Below are positions 21,316 to 31,301 of a DNA stretch of 64,000 bases, one piece after another. The stretch is from Gemmatimonadales bacterium. Lineage in GTDB: Bacteria; Gemmatimonadota; Gemmatimonadetes; Gemmatimonadales; GWC2-71-9. Below the pieces are notes generated by a model. That model ran no database searches and was not told the origin of the DNA. It saw only the letters and a list, made by a program, of their open reading frames with translations. The number at the start of each line of letters is the position of its first letter. Within the stretch, counting starts at the first letter, position 1. Both the position numbers and the translations under genes were made by a program. The stretch spans positions 2,592,001-2,656,000 of the forward strand of contig OZ252244.1 of NCBI GenBank assembly GCA_965249575.1, read 5' to 3'.

Positions 21316-21851
21316 CTGCTCGAACGGTTGAAACCCGTCGCGCACCACCCGAACGGTGTGCGTTCCGGGGGCGAGCGGCACATTCACTCTTGGGGTATTC
21401 CCGATGAGCTCGTCGTCGACGTACAACGCGCCCCACGGGACCGCGTTGACGAACAGCCGTGCGGGTTCACTCACGCTCTGGGGCGGTGCCGGAGATGGAT
21501 CGGGCGGCAGTACCGGTGTCGGGACGGCCGCGCGGGGGGCGGTGACTGGTTCGGGTCGCATGCTTGCGTCGGCTGGCGGCGCTGCGGCCCTCGGCGGGCT
21601 GGGAGTCAACGCTTCGCCGGCGACGCTTCGAGGCTCGGCCAGTCTGGGGGCGGGCGCGAAGGGCTCCGGCTGTTCGACCACCGGCTGTTCGACCACCCAT
21701 TCCTGCGAGGCTGGTTCCGGCAACAGCAACAGGAATGCCACGGACGCCCCGAGCAATACCCCCGCTCCCGCCGTGAGTAGGTAGGAAAACTGCAAGCGTC
21801 GAGGGGGCTCGTCGAACAATAGAATCGGTGTCTCAACGCTCGGCTCGAGCA
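21316..21851 (-). pseudogene. Internal fragment with TM + Pro-rich linker + incomplete PEGA domain (resembles a Ser/Thr kinase C-terminus)
   Basis: LLTAGAGVLLGASVAFLLLL, Pro/Ala linker, LFVNAVPWGALYVDDELIGNTP...LAPGTHTVRVVRDGFQPFEQE; both ends truncated. Confidence 0.7.
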
Positions 21852-24538
21852 GGGCTGCACCTCGACTTGGAGCCGCAGCTGGTCTCCGACGTCGGGATCC
21901 GCGACCGTGGCGCTGAATACCACCGTGGTCTCGTCGATTGTCGCCCCCGGGGGAATGGGCGTCGTGCCGTTCGACCGGAATTGCGCCAGGGCGGTTGGCA
22001 TGGTGGGTGCTCCCGGCACCTGAACGCGGAAGTCCACGGCGGATTCGGGGTTGCCCCCGAACGACACCCATCCACCCGCCCGCCCTGATCGGTAACGCGA
22101 GCCTGCCAGTGGTAGTCAGTCCCGCTGCTGAGAGCGGCGACGGTTACTGATGCGGCATTTCTGCTGGCGGTCTGGCTGCTGGAATCCGTCGGGGCCATGG
22201 CGAAGGGCGTCCCCACCGGCTGCACTTCGATCTGCAGACGGATGAGGTCGCCGGGGTCCGGGTCAGAGAGCGTCGCGGTGAAAACGACCGTAGCCTCGTC
22301 GATGGTCATCCCGATGGTGATGGGTGTCGTCCCGTTACTCCGGAACTGGCCCAGCCCGGTCGCAACGGCGGGGGGCTCTGGTATCGCCGTGCGGAAATCG
22401 GCCGCGGACTCAGCGTTTCCTCCAAAGCTGATCCAGGCGCTCGCGCGGCCCGATTGATCGACGGTCCTGGCTTGCCAGTGGTAGTCGCTATCATCGGCGA
22501 GGCTCGTGACCGAGAGTGTCGCCACGCTTCCGCTGCTGACCTGCCCGCTCGTCGCACCCGGCGAGTCGGAGAAGGGGGTACCCACCGGTTGCACCTCGAC
22601 CTGGAGACGCAGCATGTCGCCAGGATCCGGGTCGGAGATGGTGCCCCGGAAGACGACGGTCGACTCACCGGTGGTGCCGCCAACCGGAATCACGGTCGTG
22701 GCGTTGCTCTGGAGCTGATCCGTTCCGGTCGGGAGTGCTGGAGCTTCGGGGATCGCAACGCTGAAGTCGGCTGCGGTCTCCGCGTTACTCCCAAACGCCA
22801 CCCATGCGCTGGCGTTTCCTCCCTGATCGACGGCGCGAGCCTGCCAGTGGAAGTCCGTATCGTCGGTGAGGTTCGAGACGGCGACTGTTACCGCGTTCCC
22901 GCTGCCTACCTGCCCGCTCGATACGGTCGGTACGTCTGTAAACGGGGTGCCCACGGGCCGGACTTCAATCTCGAGTCGGACCTGATCGCCGAGGTCCGGA
23001 TCGATCAGCGTGGCGCCGAACACGACGGTCGTCTCGCCCGTGGTCTGTCCGATGCCGATCGGAGTCGTCCCGTCGCTCAGCAGCTGGTCGGGTGACGACG
23101 GAACGTCGGGTGTGCCGGGCACGGCGACACCGAAGTCAGAACCCGACTCCGGGTTTCCACCGAATGCCACCCAGGCGCTGGCCTGTCCGATCGCGTCTAC
23201 GGCGCGGGCCTGCCAGTGGTAATTGGTGTCGTCGCTCAGTCCTCCGACCGAGACCGGAGCGGGCATCCCGCTTACGACGAAGGTGCTGGAGTCGGTGGGC
23301 GTGTCGGTGAAGGCGGTTCCGATCGGGCGTACCTCGACCTCGAGTCGCAGGGAATCGCCCACGTCCGGATCGGAAACTGACCCACTCAGCACTACGCTGG
23401 CTTCATCGATTACGGCGCCAACGGCGATCGGTGTGGTGCTGTCGCTACGGAGCTGAGCAAGGCTGGTTGGTGGATCGGGCGGTACGGGGATTGCCACCTC
23501 GAGGTCTGCGGTTCCCTCCCCGTTGCCTCCGAACGCCACCCACGTGCTCGAGCGTCCGGTACGGTCGGTAGCGCGGGCCTGCCAGTGATAGGAGACGTCG
23601 TCATTCAGGTCGTCGACGCTCACGACCCCAGTGGCCCCACGAAGCACGGGTAGTGAGGTGTGGGTCGGGGTGCCGTTGAACGCAGTCCCCAGGGGCAGGA
23701 CTTCGACCTCCAGTGTGAGCGTATCACCGATGTCAGGGTCATCAACCGCAGCTCTCAGGACGGCGACGGTGTCGGCGATCGCGCCCCCTACGGGGATCGT
23801 CGTCGAACTATCATCCTCGAGTTGAGCCAATTGACCGGGCGCGGTCGGGGGACGCGGGGAGGTGACCTCGATTGTGAAGCTCCCGGTCTCCCCACCGTTC
23901 AACGTCGTCGCCCGCGTGAAGAAGGGACCGCCACCTCTCAGAAACACGTATCGGAGGCAGACGTGTCCGGGGTTGACCGGGCAATCGGATCCTTCGGCCA
24001 GCGGGGGTGCCCCACTGGAGAGAATGCTGTCGATGGCAAGGGAGCCCGCGAATCCCAGCGGCCGCATCATCACCGTTACCGAGTCGCCCGCCGACGCGGC
24101 GAGCCCGTAAACCTTGGCGAACCGGTTGCTGGACGACGGAGCGCAGTCTGCGGTGGTCAGGCTGTCCGTAGTACTGATCCAAGAATCCTCTATCTCGTTG
24201 AGCAAGATCCATGCATTCGTGTGGTGCCGGCGCTCGAGGCGGCCACCGTTCGAACGGAGGCACCAGGGACATTGGCCGTCCCGCGCAGACCCTCGGGGAA
24301 TCCGGCCGCGCCTCGGCCGGAAATTCCCGCTCCAGACGGCCAACACGATACGTGCCAAGCCATTGTGGGGTCGAAGGAGGCCTTACGGCGGCGTGGACAT
24401 CCGGGGGAGGGAAGGTAAGCGTGGGAACCCCCATGGGACAGGGACCCGACCCGGGACCGTCGCGACAGTGCCACGATTCAGCCCGTTGGGCGGGCGCGGG
24501 AGCCACGGTACGCGCCGGCCGACCCGCGCCGATCGCAT
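21852..24538 (-). pseudogene. Large surface protein with five complete and one partial ~120-aa FN3/Ig-like repeats; frameshifted and 3'-truncated
   Basis: Repeat consensus P..P..L.Q..S..TT.I..G....E..VV....DPD.GD..RL.VEV.P.GT.F...YHWQAR..D..G..S.W..FGGN.E...DF. Shift near 22080, garbled 5' end at 24200-24540, sixth repeat stops at EVQP. Confidence 0.75.
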
Positions 24539-24572
24539 CGGGCGCGGTCGAATCCCCCCTTACCTGCTTTCT

Positions 24573-26171
24573 CTACCTGCTTTCTTTGCCTCCAAAGCCC
24601 CCCGGCCGTAGCAGAGACTCGACCGTTGCAAGTGCGGCATCCACCAGAAGGGCCAGCATCGCGGCCGGAATGGCTCCGGAGAGGATCATGCGCGTGTCTG
24701 TGAGGGCCAGTCCCGCGACGATTGGATCTCCGAGCCCCCCCGCCCCGATGAACGCAGCCAGCGTCGCTGTGCCCACAGTGATCACGGCCGCCGTGCGGAC
24801 CCCCGCCATGATGATGGGGGCGGCCAGGGGGAGCCGGACGTATCGGAGCACTTGGGCCGGTGTCATTCCCAGAGCCTGGGCCGCGTTAACTGCTTCCGGG
24901 CTGGCATCCCGGATTCCGCTGTAGGTGTTCCTCAAGATGGGATACAGGGAATACAGAAACAGGGCGACGAGTGCTGGGACGATGCCAATGCCGAGCAGCG
25001 GGATCATGAACGCCAGGAGCGCAATGCTCGGGATCGTCTGGAGCAGGCCGACGGCGCGAATGCCGGTCTCCGCCGCGCCGGCAAGGCGCTCGAGGAGGAG
25101 CCCACCGGGAATCGCGACGGTTGCCGCTCCCGCCAGGGCCACCGTCACCAGCACCACGTGTCGGAGCGTGAGTCTCATCAGTTCGCCCCGCCGTCGGTAC
25201 AAGTAGAGAATGAAAGGTTCGGCATCGCCCGGTGTGATGGCTTCGACTCGCTTGGGATCGCGTTCGACCAACCCGAGGCTTTCGAGCAGGGAGGCGGCAA
25301 CTTGCTCTCGGGGCTCTTTTGCGACCTCGAGCCTCTGGTTCAGGGCACGCATGCCCGACTCGTCGATCTTCCCACTCAATTCCGTCAGCACGGCGATCGC
25401 TCTGGGTTGCTCCGTCCACAGCCGCTCACCGACGAGCGCCGCCGCTTCATAGGCCGGAAAGAACCCGAGGTCGTCTTCCAGGATCACGAGTCCATACCGC
25501 GCGATCGCTCCGTCAGTCGAGTATCCGTCGATTACGTCGACGCCGGCTTCGGCTAGCGCTTGATACTTCACCGCCTGGAGGAGCGATCGCGTTTCTCGGA
25601 ATCCCAAGCCGCCGTAGGCCGTGCGCAGTCCGGCCAGTCCGTCGCTTCGCCCGATGAAATCGGGGCTGAATCCGCCGATGAGATGCGTCGCCTCCCGAGC
25701 GAGATCACTTAAGGTGCGCAGCTGGTACGCGTCGGCCGTTTCGCGCCGCACCGCGATCGCGTACGTGTTCTGAAATCCCAGAGGTGGGAGCCACTTGACG
25801 CCGAAGCGGGTGTCGAACGCTTCGGTTACCGTGCGGAAGACTTGACGAGGGTCGCCGTCGGGCTCTTCCCCCAGGATCGCGACCAGGCCCGTACCGGTGT
25901 ATTCGGGATACACGTCGATGGCTCCCGTTCGCAGTGCCTGAAACGCGATTTCCGTTGCCCCGAGGCCGAGGCGCCGTTCCACCTCGAACCCGCGAGCTTC
26001 GAGGAGCTGGGAGAACATCTCTCCGAGAAGGAAGGACTCGCCGAACGGTTTGGATGCGACAACGACGGGTTTGGCCGGTTCGTTCTGGGCACCTGCTGAA
26101 ATCGGCAGCCACGCCCCGGCGGCCAATGACCACATTCCCGTCAACACCCGCCGGCGCGCGTTAAGAACCAT
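24573..26171 (-). CDS. Glycine betaine/choline-type ABC transporter, fused substrate-binding + permease
   Basis: VASKPFGES, YPEYTGT, GFQNTYA, DG, YSTDG, FFPAY, then QTIPSIAL, EAA-like loop, GAGGLG; ATG overlaps the ATPase stop. Confidence 0.9.
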   Translation of the reverse strand: MVLNARRRVLTGMWSLAAGAWLPISAGAQNEPAKPVVVASKPFGESFLLGEMFSQLLEARGFEVERRLGLGATEIAFQALRTGAIDVYPEYTGTGLVAILGEEPDGDPRQVFRTVTEAFDTRFGVKWLPPLGFQNTYAIAVRRETADAYQLRTLSDLAREATHLIGGFSPDFIGRSDGLAGLRTAYGGLGFRETRSLLQAVKYQALAEAGVDVIDGYSTDGAIARYGLVILEDDLGFFPAYEAAALVGERLWTEQPRAIAVLTELSGKIDESGMRALNQRLEVAKEPREQVAASLLESLGLVERDPKRVEAITPGDAEPFILYLYRRRGELMRLTLRHVVLVTVALAGAATVAIPGGLLLERLAGAAETGIRAVGLLQTIPSIALLAFMIPLLGIGIVPALVALFLYSLYPILRNTYSGIRDASPEAVNAAQALGMTPAQVLRYVRLPLAAPIIMAGVRTAAVITVGTATLAAFIGAGGLGDPIVAGLALTDTRMILSGAIPAAMLALLVDAALATVESLLRPGGFGGKESR

Positions 26172-26917
26172 CAACGGCGCTCCACCCGCGCGAGGGCGAG
26201 GAGCCTCTTCACGTAGGGAGTGGCCGGGTTGGAAAGCAGGGTCTCGGGGTCCGCGACCTGATCGATCTGGCCGGATCGGAGCACCGCGATTCGGCCCGCG
26301 AGGGTGAGCGCCTCGTTGAGGTCGTGGGTCACCAGGAGCGCTGTAATGCCGAGTGCTTTGCGGAGCGAGAGGAACATCGACTGGATCTCGCCGCGCGTGA
26401 TGGCGTCGAGCGCTCCGAATGGCTCGTCCAGCAGCACGATCTCTGGTTGCGCCGCGATGGCGCGGGCGAACGCGACGCGCTGTCGCTGTCCGCCCGAAAG
26501 CTCGCCCGGCCAGCGGTGGCCGAACGTCACCGCGGGGAGGCCCACACGCTCGAGCGCGGTGCGGGCCAAACCGGCGGGCTCGTCGAGGTCCCTGAGCCAT
26601 GGCACCATGGCGACATTGCGGAGCACGCGCCAATGCGGAAGGAGGCCGCCCTCCTGCTGAACGTATCCGACCCTCCGGCGGAGGGCGATTGGCTCGAGCG
26701 AGTGGATATCCTGCCCGTCGATCATGATCTTGCCGCCGTCCGGCTCTACCATGCGATTGAAGCACCGGAGGAGTGTGGTCTTTCCCGACCCACTCTCACC
26801 GACGAGCGCCACGCACTCGCCCTTCGACACATCCAACGAGACGCCGGCCAGGGCGACGGTACCGTTGTAGTGTTTCCGCACGTCGGACGCCGAGAACACC
26901 GCGTGCGGTGCGCTCAC
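26171..26917 (-). CDS. ABC transporter ATP-binding subunit (OpuBA/ProV-like)
   Basis: GESGSGKT, LSGGQRQR, LLDEPFGALD, VTHD; GTG 26917 overlaps the nitrilase stop. Confidence 0.93.
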   Translation of the reverse strand: MSAPHAVFSASDVRKHYNGTVALAGVSLDVSKGECVALVGESGSGKTTLLRCFNRMVEPDGGKIMIDGQDIHSLEPIALRRRVGYVQQEGGLLPHWRVLRNVAMVPWLRDLDEPAGLARTALERVGLPAVTFGHRWPGELSGGQRQRVAFARAIAAQPEIVLLDEPFGALDAITRGEIQSMFLSLRKALGITALLVTHDLNEALTLAGRIAVLRSGQIDQVADPETLLSNPATPYVKRLLALARVERR

Positions 26918-27846
26918 CGGCTCGCGCGGACCCGTAGCTCGAAGACGTCCGGCCGACTGTAGTGTCCGCTGACGTCGAGAGCCATGGACTCCCGCGCGAT
27001 CTCGGCCAGGTCGCAGTCGGCGATCACGACGGTCTCCTCTCCATACACTGGCTCCGCGAGGTAGCGGCCATCTGGGCCGATGATCGCGCTCCCGCCGCGT
27101 ATCGGCATGCCGTCCACAGGGGCGCCTGCCGCCTCGGCCGAAAGGTCGAGCTCTTCCGGCATGTCTTCGCGTCGCATGATGCTTCCCGCGACGACCACGA
27201 AGCACCGTCCTTCGAACGCGTAGTGGCGGGATGCGACCTGATACATCTCCTTCGCTTCCGGCCACACCGCCGCGTGTATCTCCTCACCACCGTCATGCAG
27301 CACCTGGCGCGAGAGGGGCATCCAGTGCTCCCAGCAAATCAGCCCGCCCACCCGCACGGACGCGGACTGCACGACGCGCAATCCGTGCGCATCACCCTGT
27401 CCCCAGATGAGGCGCTCGCCGTGGGTCGGAATGAGCTTCCGATGGTGGTTGAGGAGTCCCTTTTCCGAGTCGAAGGTGAGGAGCGCATTGTAGAGCGACC
27501 GGCCGGCGCGCTCGTGCACACCCACGATCATCGTTATCGAGGCCTGGGCGGCGGTCGCCGCAAGCGCTTCCGTCGCCGGCCCGGGCACCTCCACGCTATT
27601 GTCGAGGAGGCGTGCGTACACCGCCTTGACGCCGGCATCGTTCCAGAGGGCCACCTTTGGCGAGACGTCGACCCACGCGGGATAGCCCGGCACGAACGTC
27701 TCGGGAAACACGACGATCTTCGCGCCGTCGTCAGCGGCTCGTCGCGCCCACAGATCGACACGCTCGAGGGTCGCGTTCAGGTCGAGGTATGCTGGTGCCG
27801 CCTGGACGGCGGCCACTCGGATGCTGCGCGCGCGGTCTTTGGCCAT
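26914..27846 (-). CDS. Nitrilase (carbon-nitrogen hydrolase family)
   Basis: Catalytic triad [34 protein letters not shown]. Confidence 0.9.
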   Translation of the reverse strand: MAKDRARSIRVAAVQAAPAYLDLNATLERVDLWARRAADDGAKIVVFPETFVPGYPAWVDVSPKVALWNDAGVKAVYARLLDNSVEVPGPATEALAATAAQASITMIVGVHERAGRSLYNALLTFDSEKGLLNHHRKLIPTHGERLIWGQGDAHGLRVVQSASVRVGGLICWEHWMPLSRQVLHDGGEEIHAAVWPEAKEMYQVASRHYAFEGRCFVVVAGSIMRREDMPEELDLSAEAAGAPVDGMPIRGGSAIIGPDGRYLAEPVYGEETVVIADCDLAEIARESMALDVSGHYSRPDVFELRVRASR

Positions 27847-28027
27847 CCACGAATCTACATGGTGACGGGCGATCTCTCACGGTATCGGGCCGCGCCCCCA
27901 CCGAGGGTGGCAATGATCGCCTTGCGCCCGGCGGGGGCCAGGGTGTTTTGTTATCCGAGAGCTGCGGTCCGCCTGCGGGCGAACGTGTCTGCATGCGTTC
28001 GTTCCACCCCTCGATTCTGGAACAGCC

Positions 28028-30154
28028 ATGCCCGCTCCCAAGACCAATCGGTTGAAGAAGCAGCTCTCTCTCTTCGACATCTACGTCATCAGCACGGGGG
28101 CGATGTTCAGCTCGGGCTTCTTTCTGCTGCCCGGTCTGGCGGCCGCGCACACGGGGCCGTCCGTGGTGCTGGCGTATTTCCTGTCGGCGCTCCTGATCGT
28201 GCCGGCGATGTTGAGCCAGGCCGAGCTTGCCACCGCCATGCCGAGGGCGGGCGGAGCGTACTACTTTCTCGACCGGACGCTCGGGCCGTTGGTGGGTACC
28301 GTCGGGGGGATCGGGACTTGGGTCGCATTGATGCTCAAGAGCGCCTTCGCCTTGATCGGCATGGGTGTCTACCTCGCGCTCATCGTCGACGTCCCGGTCA
28401 AACCACTGGCGGTTGGCTTCACCATCGTGTTCGCCGTCCTGAACATCGTGGGCGCGAAGGAATCGAGTGGGGTGCTGCGAATCCTGGTCATCGCCCTGCT
28501 GGCCATCCTTGGCTTCTTCCTGCTGCACGGGTTGTTCGCGGTGGCGTCCATTGGGCCGGCCGAGACCGCGTCGCGGTTTACGCCTTTCATGCCGGAGGGT
28601 GTCGACGGACTCCTGGGCACGGTTGGGCTCGTCTTCGTTTCCTATGTCGGCTTGACACAGGTGGCGAGCGTTGCCGAGGAAATCAAGGACCCCGATCGAA
28701 CCATCCCGCTCGGGATGACGCTCTCCCTTGCGACTGTGAGCGGCATCTACGTGCTCGGCGTGTTCATCATGGTCGCGGTACTCGGAGCCGGGCCCCTGAG
28801 CTCGAGTCTCACTCCGGTTGCCGACGCGGCCGAGAACTTCCTCACCTGGGTTCCGCGACGGGTCGGTGTGCTGTTGATTGTTGTCGCGGCCGTTTCTGCG
28901 TTTGCGTCCATGTCCAACGCGGGCATCATGGCGGCGTCCCGGTATCCCTTGGCGATGGCTCGCGACCACCTGTTGCCCGAGCCGTTCGCGCGCGTTGGCC
29001 GGTCGGGCACGCCCATCCCGGCCATTGTCCTGACGTCCGCTCTGCTCATCGCCTTCCTCTTGATCCTGAACGTGGAACAGGTCGCAAAGCTTGCCAGCGC
29101 GCTCCAGCTGCTGATCTTCGCGCTCGTGAACGTGGCGGTCCTCATCATGCGGGAGAGCCGGATCGACGCGTACGATCCGGGCTTCAGCTCGCCGCTCTAC
29201 CCGTGGCTTCAGATCGTCGGCGCGCTCGTGCCGTTCATCCTCGTGGCGGAGATGGGTTGGCTACCAGTGTTGTTTACGCTCGGCGTGATGTCGGCGAGCC
29301 TCGTGTGGTACTTCCGGTATGCCAGGGACCGCATCGGCCGGGACGGAGCGATCTATCACGTATTCGAGCGGCTGGGTCGGCGCCGGTTCGCGGGCCTCGA
29401 CCAGGAGCTTCGCGACATCATGAAGGAAAAAGGGCTGCGTGAGCAGGACCCGTTCGACGAGGTCGTTGCGCGGGCCTTCGTCCTGGACGCAAAGGACGGG
29501 GGAAGCCTCGAGAAAGTCATCGAGAGCGCGTCGACGCTCCTTCAGGAGCGAGTGCAGGTTTCTCACGAGCATCTGACGGAAGGGTTCGGCCGCGGGGTCC
29601 GCATGGGAGGGACGCCGGTGTCGCACGGAGCGGCGCTGCTTCACACCCGGCTCCCGGCGCTCGAGTCCTCCGAGCTCGTGCTCGTACGGTGCACCGGCGG
29701 GCTGCAGATCCCTGATGAGGGCGAGGACATCGCGCGCCACGCCGCCAATACGCCCATTCAAGCCGTATTTTTTTTGGTGAGCGGTGAAGCCGATCCGGGA
29801 CGGCATCTGAGAATCCTGGCGCAACTGGCGGCGCGCGTGGAAGACGAAGCATTCATCACGCATTGGCTGGCCGGTCGGGGGGAACAGGACCTCAAGGAGA
29901 CACTCCTACGCGATGATCGTTTCCTAGCGGTTCACATCCAGCGGGGCACCGATCGGGCTCAGCTCATCGGGCTGGCCCTCCGGGATCTTCGAATGCCTGA
30001 AGGAAGCCTCGTGGCGCTAGTCAGGCGAGTAGACGGCCGCACAATCGTTCCCCGGGGGAGCACGGTGCTTCGAGACGGCGATCGACTCACGATTATCGGA
30101 GAGCCCCGCGGCCTCGAGGAGCTCGCCGGTCGTTTCAGTATCGAGTGGCCCTGA
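28028..30154 (+). CDS. APC-family amino acid permease fused to a PTS EIIA-like domain and a TrkA-C/RCK_C domain
   Basis: GAMFSSG, ELATAMPRAGG.Y, VAEEIKDP.R.IP, ASRYPLAMARD; EIIA-like GGTPVSHGAALLHTR...HLRILAQLA; RCK_C IVPRGSTVLRDGDRLTIIG. Confidence 0.88.
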   Translation: MPAPKTNRLKKQLSLFDIYVISTGAMFSSGFFLLPGLAAAHTGPSVVLAYFLSALLIVPAMLSQAELATAMPRAGGAYYFLDRTLGPLVGTVGGIGTWVALMLKSAFALIGMGVYLALIVDVPVKPLAVGFTIVFAVLNIVGAKESSGVLRILVIALLAILGFFLLHGLFAVASIGPAETASRFTPFMPEGVDGLLGTVGLVFVSYVGLTQVASVAEEIKDPDRTIPLGMTLSLATVSGIYVLGVFIMVAVLGAGPLSSSLTPVADAAENFLTWVPRRVGVLLIVVAAVSAFASMSNAGIMAASRYPLAMARDHLLPEPFARVGRSGTPIPAIVLTSALLIAFLLILNVEQVAKLASALQLLIFALVNVAVLIMRESRIDAYDPGFSSPLYPWLQIVGALVPFILVAEMGWLPVLFTLGVMSASLVWYFRYARDRIGRDGAIYHVFERLGRRRFAGLDQELRDIMKEKGLREQDPFDEVVARAFVLDAKDGGSLEKVIESASTLLQERVQVSHEHLTEGFGRGVRMGGTPVSHGAALLHTRLPALESSELVLVRCTGGLQIPDEGEDIARHAANTPIQAVFFLVSGEADPGRHLRILAQLAARVEDEAFITHWLAGRGEQDLKETLLRDDRFLAVHIQRGTDRAQLIGLALRDLRMPEGSLVALVRRVDGRTIVPRGSTVLRDGDRLTIIGEPRGLEELAGRFSIEWP

Positions 30155-30178
30155 GGAAAGAAGAGGAGGTCGTTCAAC

Positions 30179-31003
30179 ATGCGGTTCGTGATCCATGTTG
30201 CAGTGGCGATGCTCTTGGGCTCGAGCGCCGAGGCCTGGGCACAACGGCCTGGCGAATCGCAGTCGACGCCGGTCCAACGGTTTTTCGATTGGTCGAGCCT
30301 CCAGTTTCCCCAGGAGGAGTACGCGGGCCGCAGACAGGCAATGATGGCGCAGCTCCGGGCATCAGGCGGCGGGGTCTACCTCGTTCCGAGCAGCCATGGG
30401 GTCAGTCAGGGAAACACGTTTCGCCAGTATCGGGATTTCCTCTACTTCACGGGGCTCGAGGTGCCGGCCTCGCTTCTCGCGCTGGACGCCGATTCCGGCA
30501 CCACCACGCTCTTTGCGCCCGCTGAGGACTGGCGTTTTGCCAATCCAAGCCGCCGCAATGACTTCCCGGGAAGGCCCCTGGCTGACGACCCCTCGCTCAG
30601 CCGGGTGTCGGGTATCTCGCGCATCTATCGTTTCACCGAGTTCGATCCCTATCTCCGCAGGCTCGTCGCCGGCGGACGAGTACTCAGGCTGAGCGCAGAC
30701 TACCGCGGCCCGCTGCGCCCTCTGGAAACACCCCCGACCCGGCCGTGGAACGCCAACCCGGCGCTTCGACTCCACATCGAGCGAGCGCATCCGGATGCGG
30801 AGATCCGGAATGCGTACGAGCAGCTTGCCCGCCTCCGCATGGTCAAATCGCCGCTCGAGGTGGCGGTTATGCGCCGTGCTGCGGAGGTGACGGCTCGGGC
30901 CATCCTGGAGGACGAAATCCTGATAACGGCGAGTGGGGCCGAGGTGTTGACCGGTTCGCTACCCAGGCCTCCCGAGGCGCTCGAGAAGATCGTCGCGCCA
31001 TAA
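30179..31003 (+). pseudogene. Secreted Xaa-Pro aminopeptidase (M24B) with an in-frame deletion of most of the catalytic domain
   Basis: AMP_N motif FRQ..DFLYFTG; LRMVKSPLEVAVMRRAA runs directly into the C-terminal LEDEILIT..G.EVLT..LPR. Confidence 0.75.
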
Positions 31004-31040
31004 CGGCGCGAGATAGAGATCCGGATGAGCCCGAGGGGGA

Positions 31041-31077
31041 TTGACAGCCCCCAGCCTCGCGCCGTATTAGGTACTAT
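31041..31077 (+). promoter_or_regulatory. Putative promoter for susCD (TTGACA with TATTAG at 18 nt or TACTAT at 25 nt)
   Basis: Perfect TTGACA at 31041-31046 in the intergenic region. Confidence 0.35.
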
Positions 31078-31301
31078 CGGCCCATAGGTGGTCCTACCAA
31101 GGTATCGGTACCAGCCGCACACGGTTCCACGACGACAGCTTTGAGCGCCCGGGCGTTTCCGGGCGAGACCCAGCGCCGCGCCTTCCCGTCCCAGCACGAC
31201 GGGCGGGCGATTTGAGGTTGTGTAGTCGGTACGCCGACGATGGTTGGCTTCGTTGTTCCTGGCTCCCCCGTTTGGAGCCGAACCGAAAGGAGGTAGGATC
31301 T

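Noticed and set aside
21852..23860. CRISPR-like or DGR-like periodicity
   Set aside because: The period of ~365 bp is a degenerate protein repeat; no reverse transcriptase, cas genes or adenine-specific variation seen here or among the propeller paralogs
26962..29442. 826-aa plus-strand ORF
   Set aside because: Arg/Gly-rich shadow frame: antisense to the nitrilase and out of frame with the permease, both of which carry clear motifs
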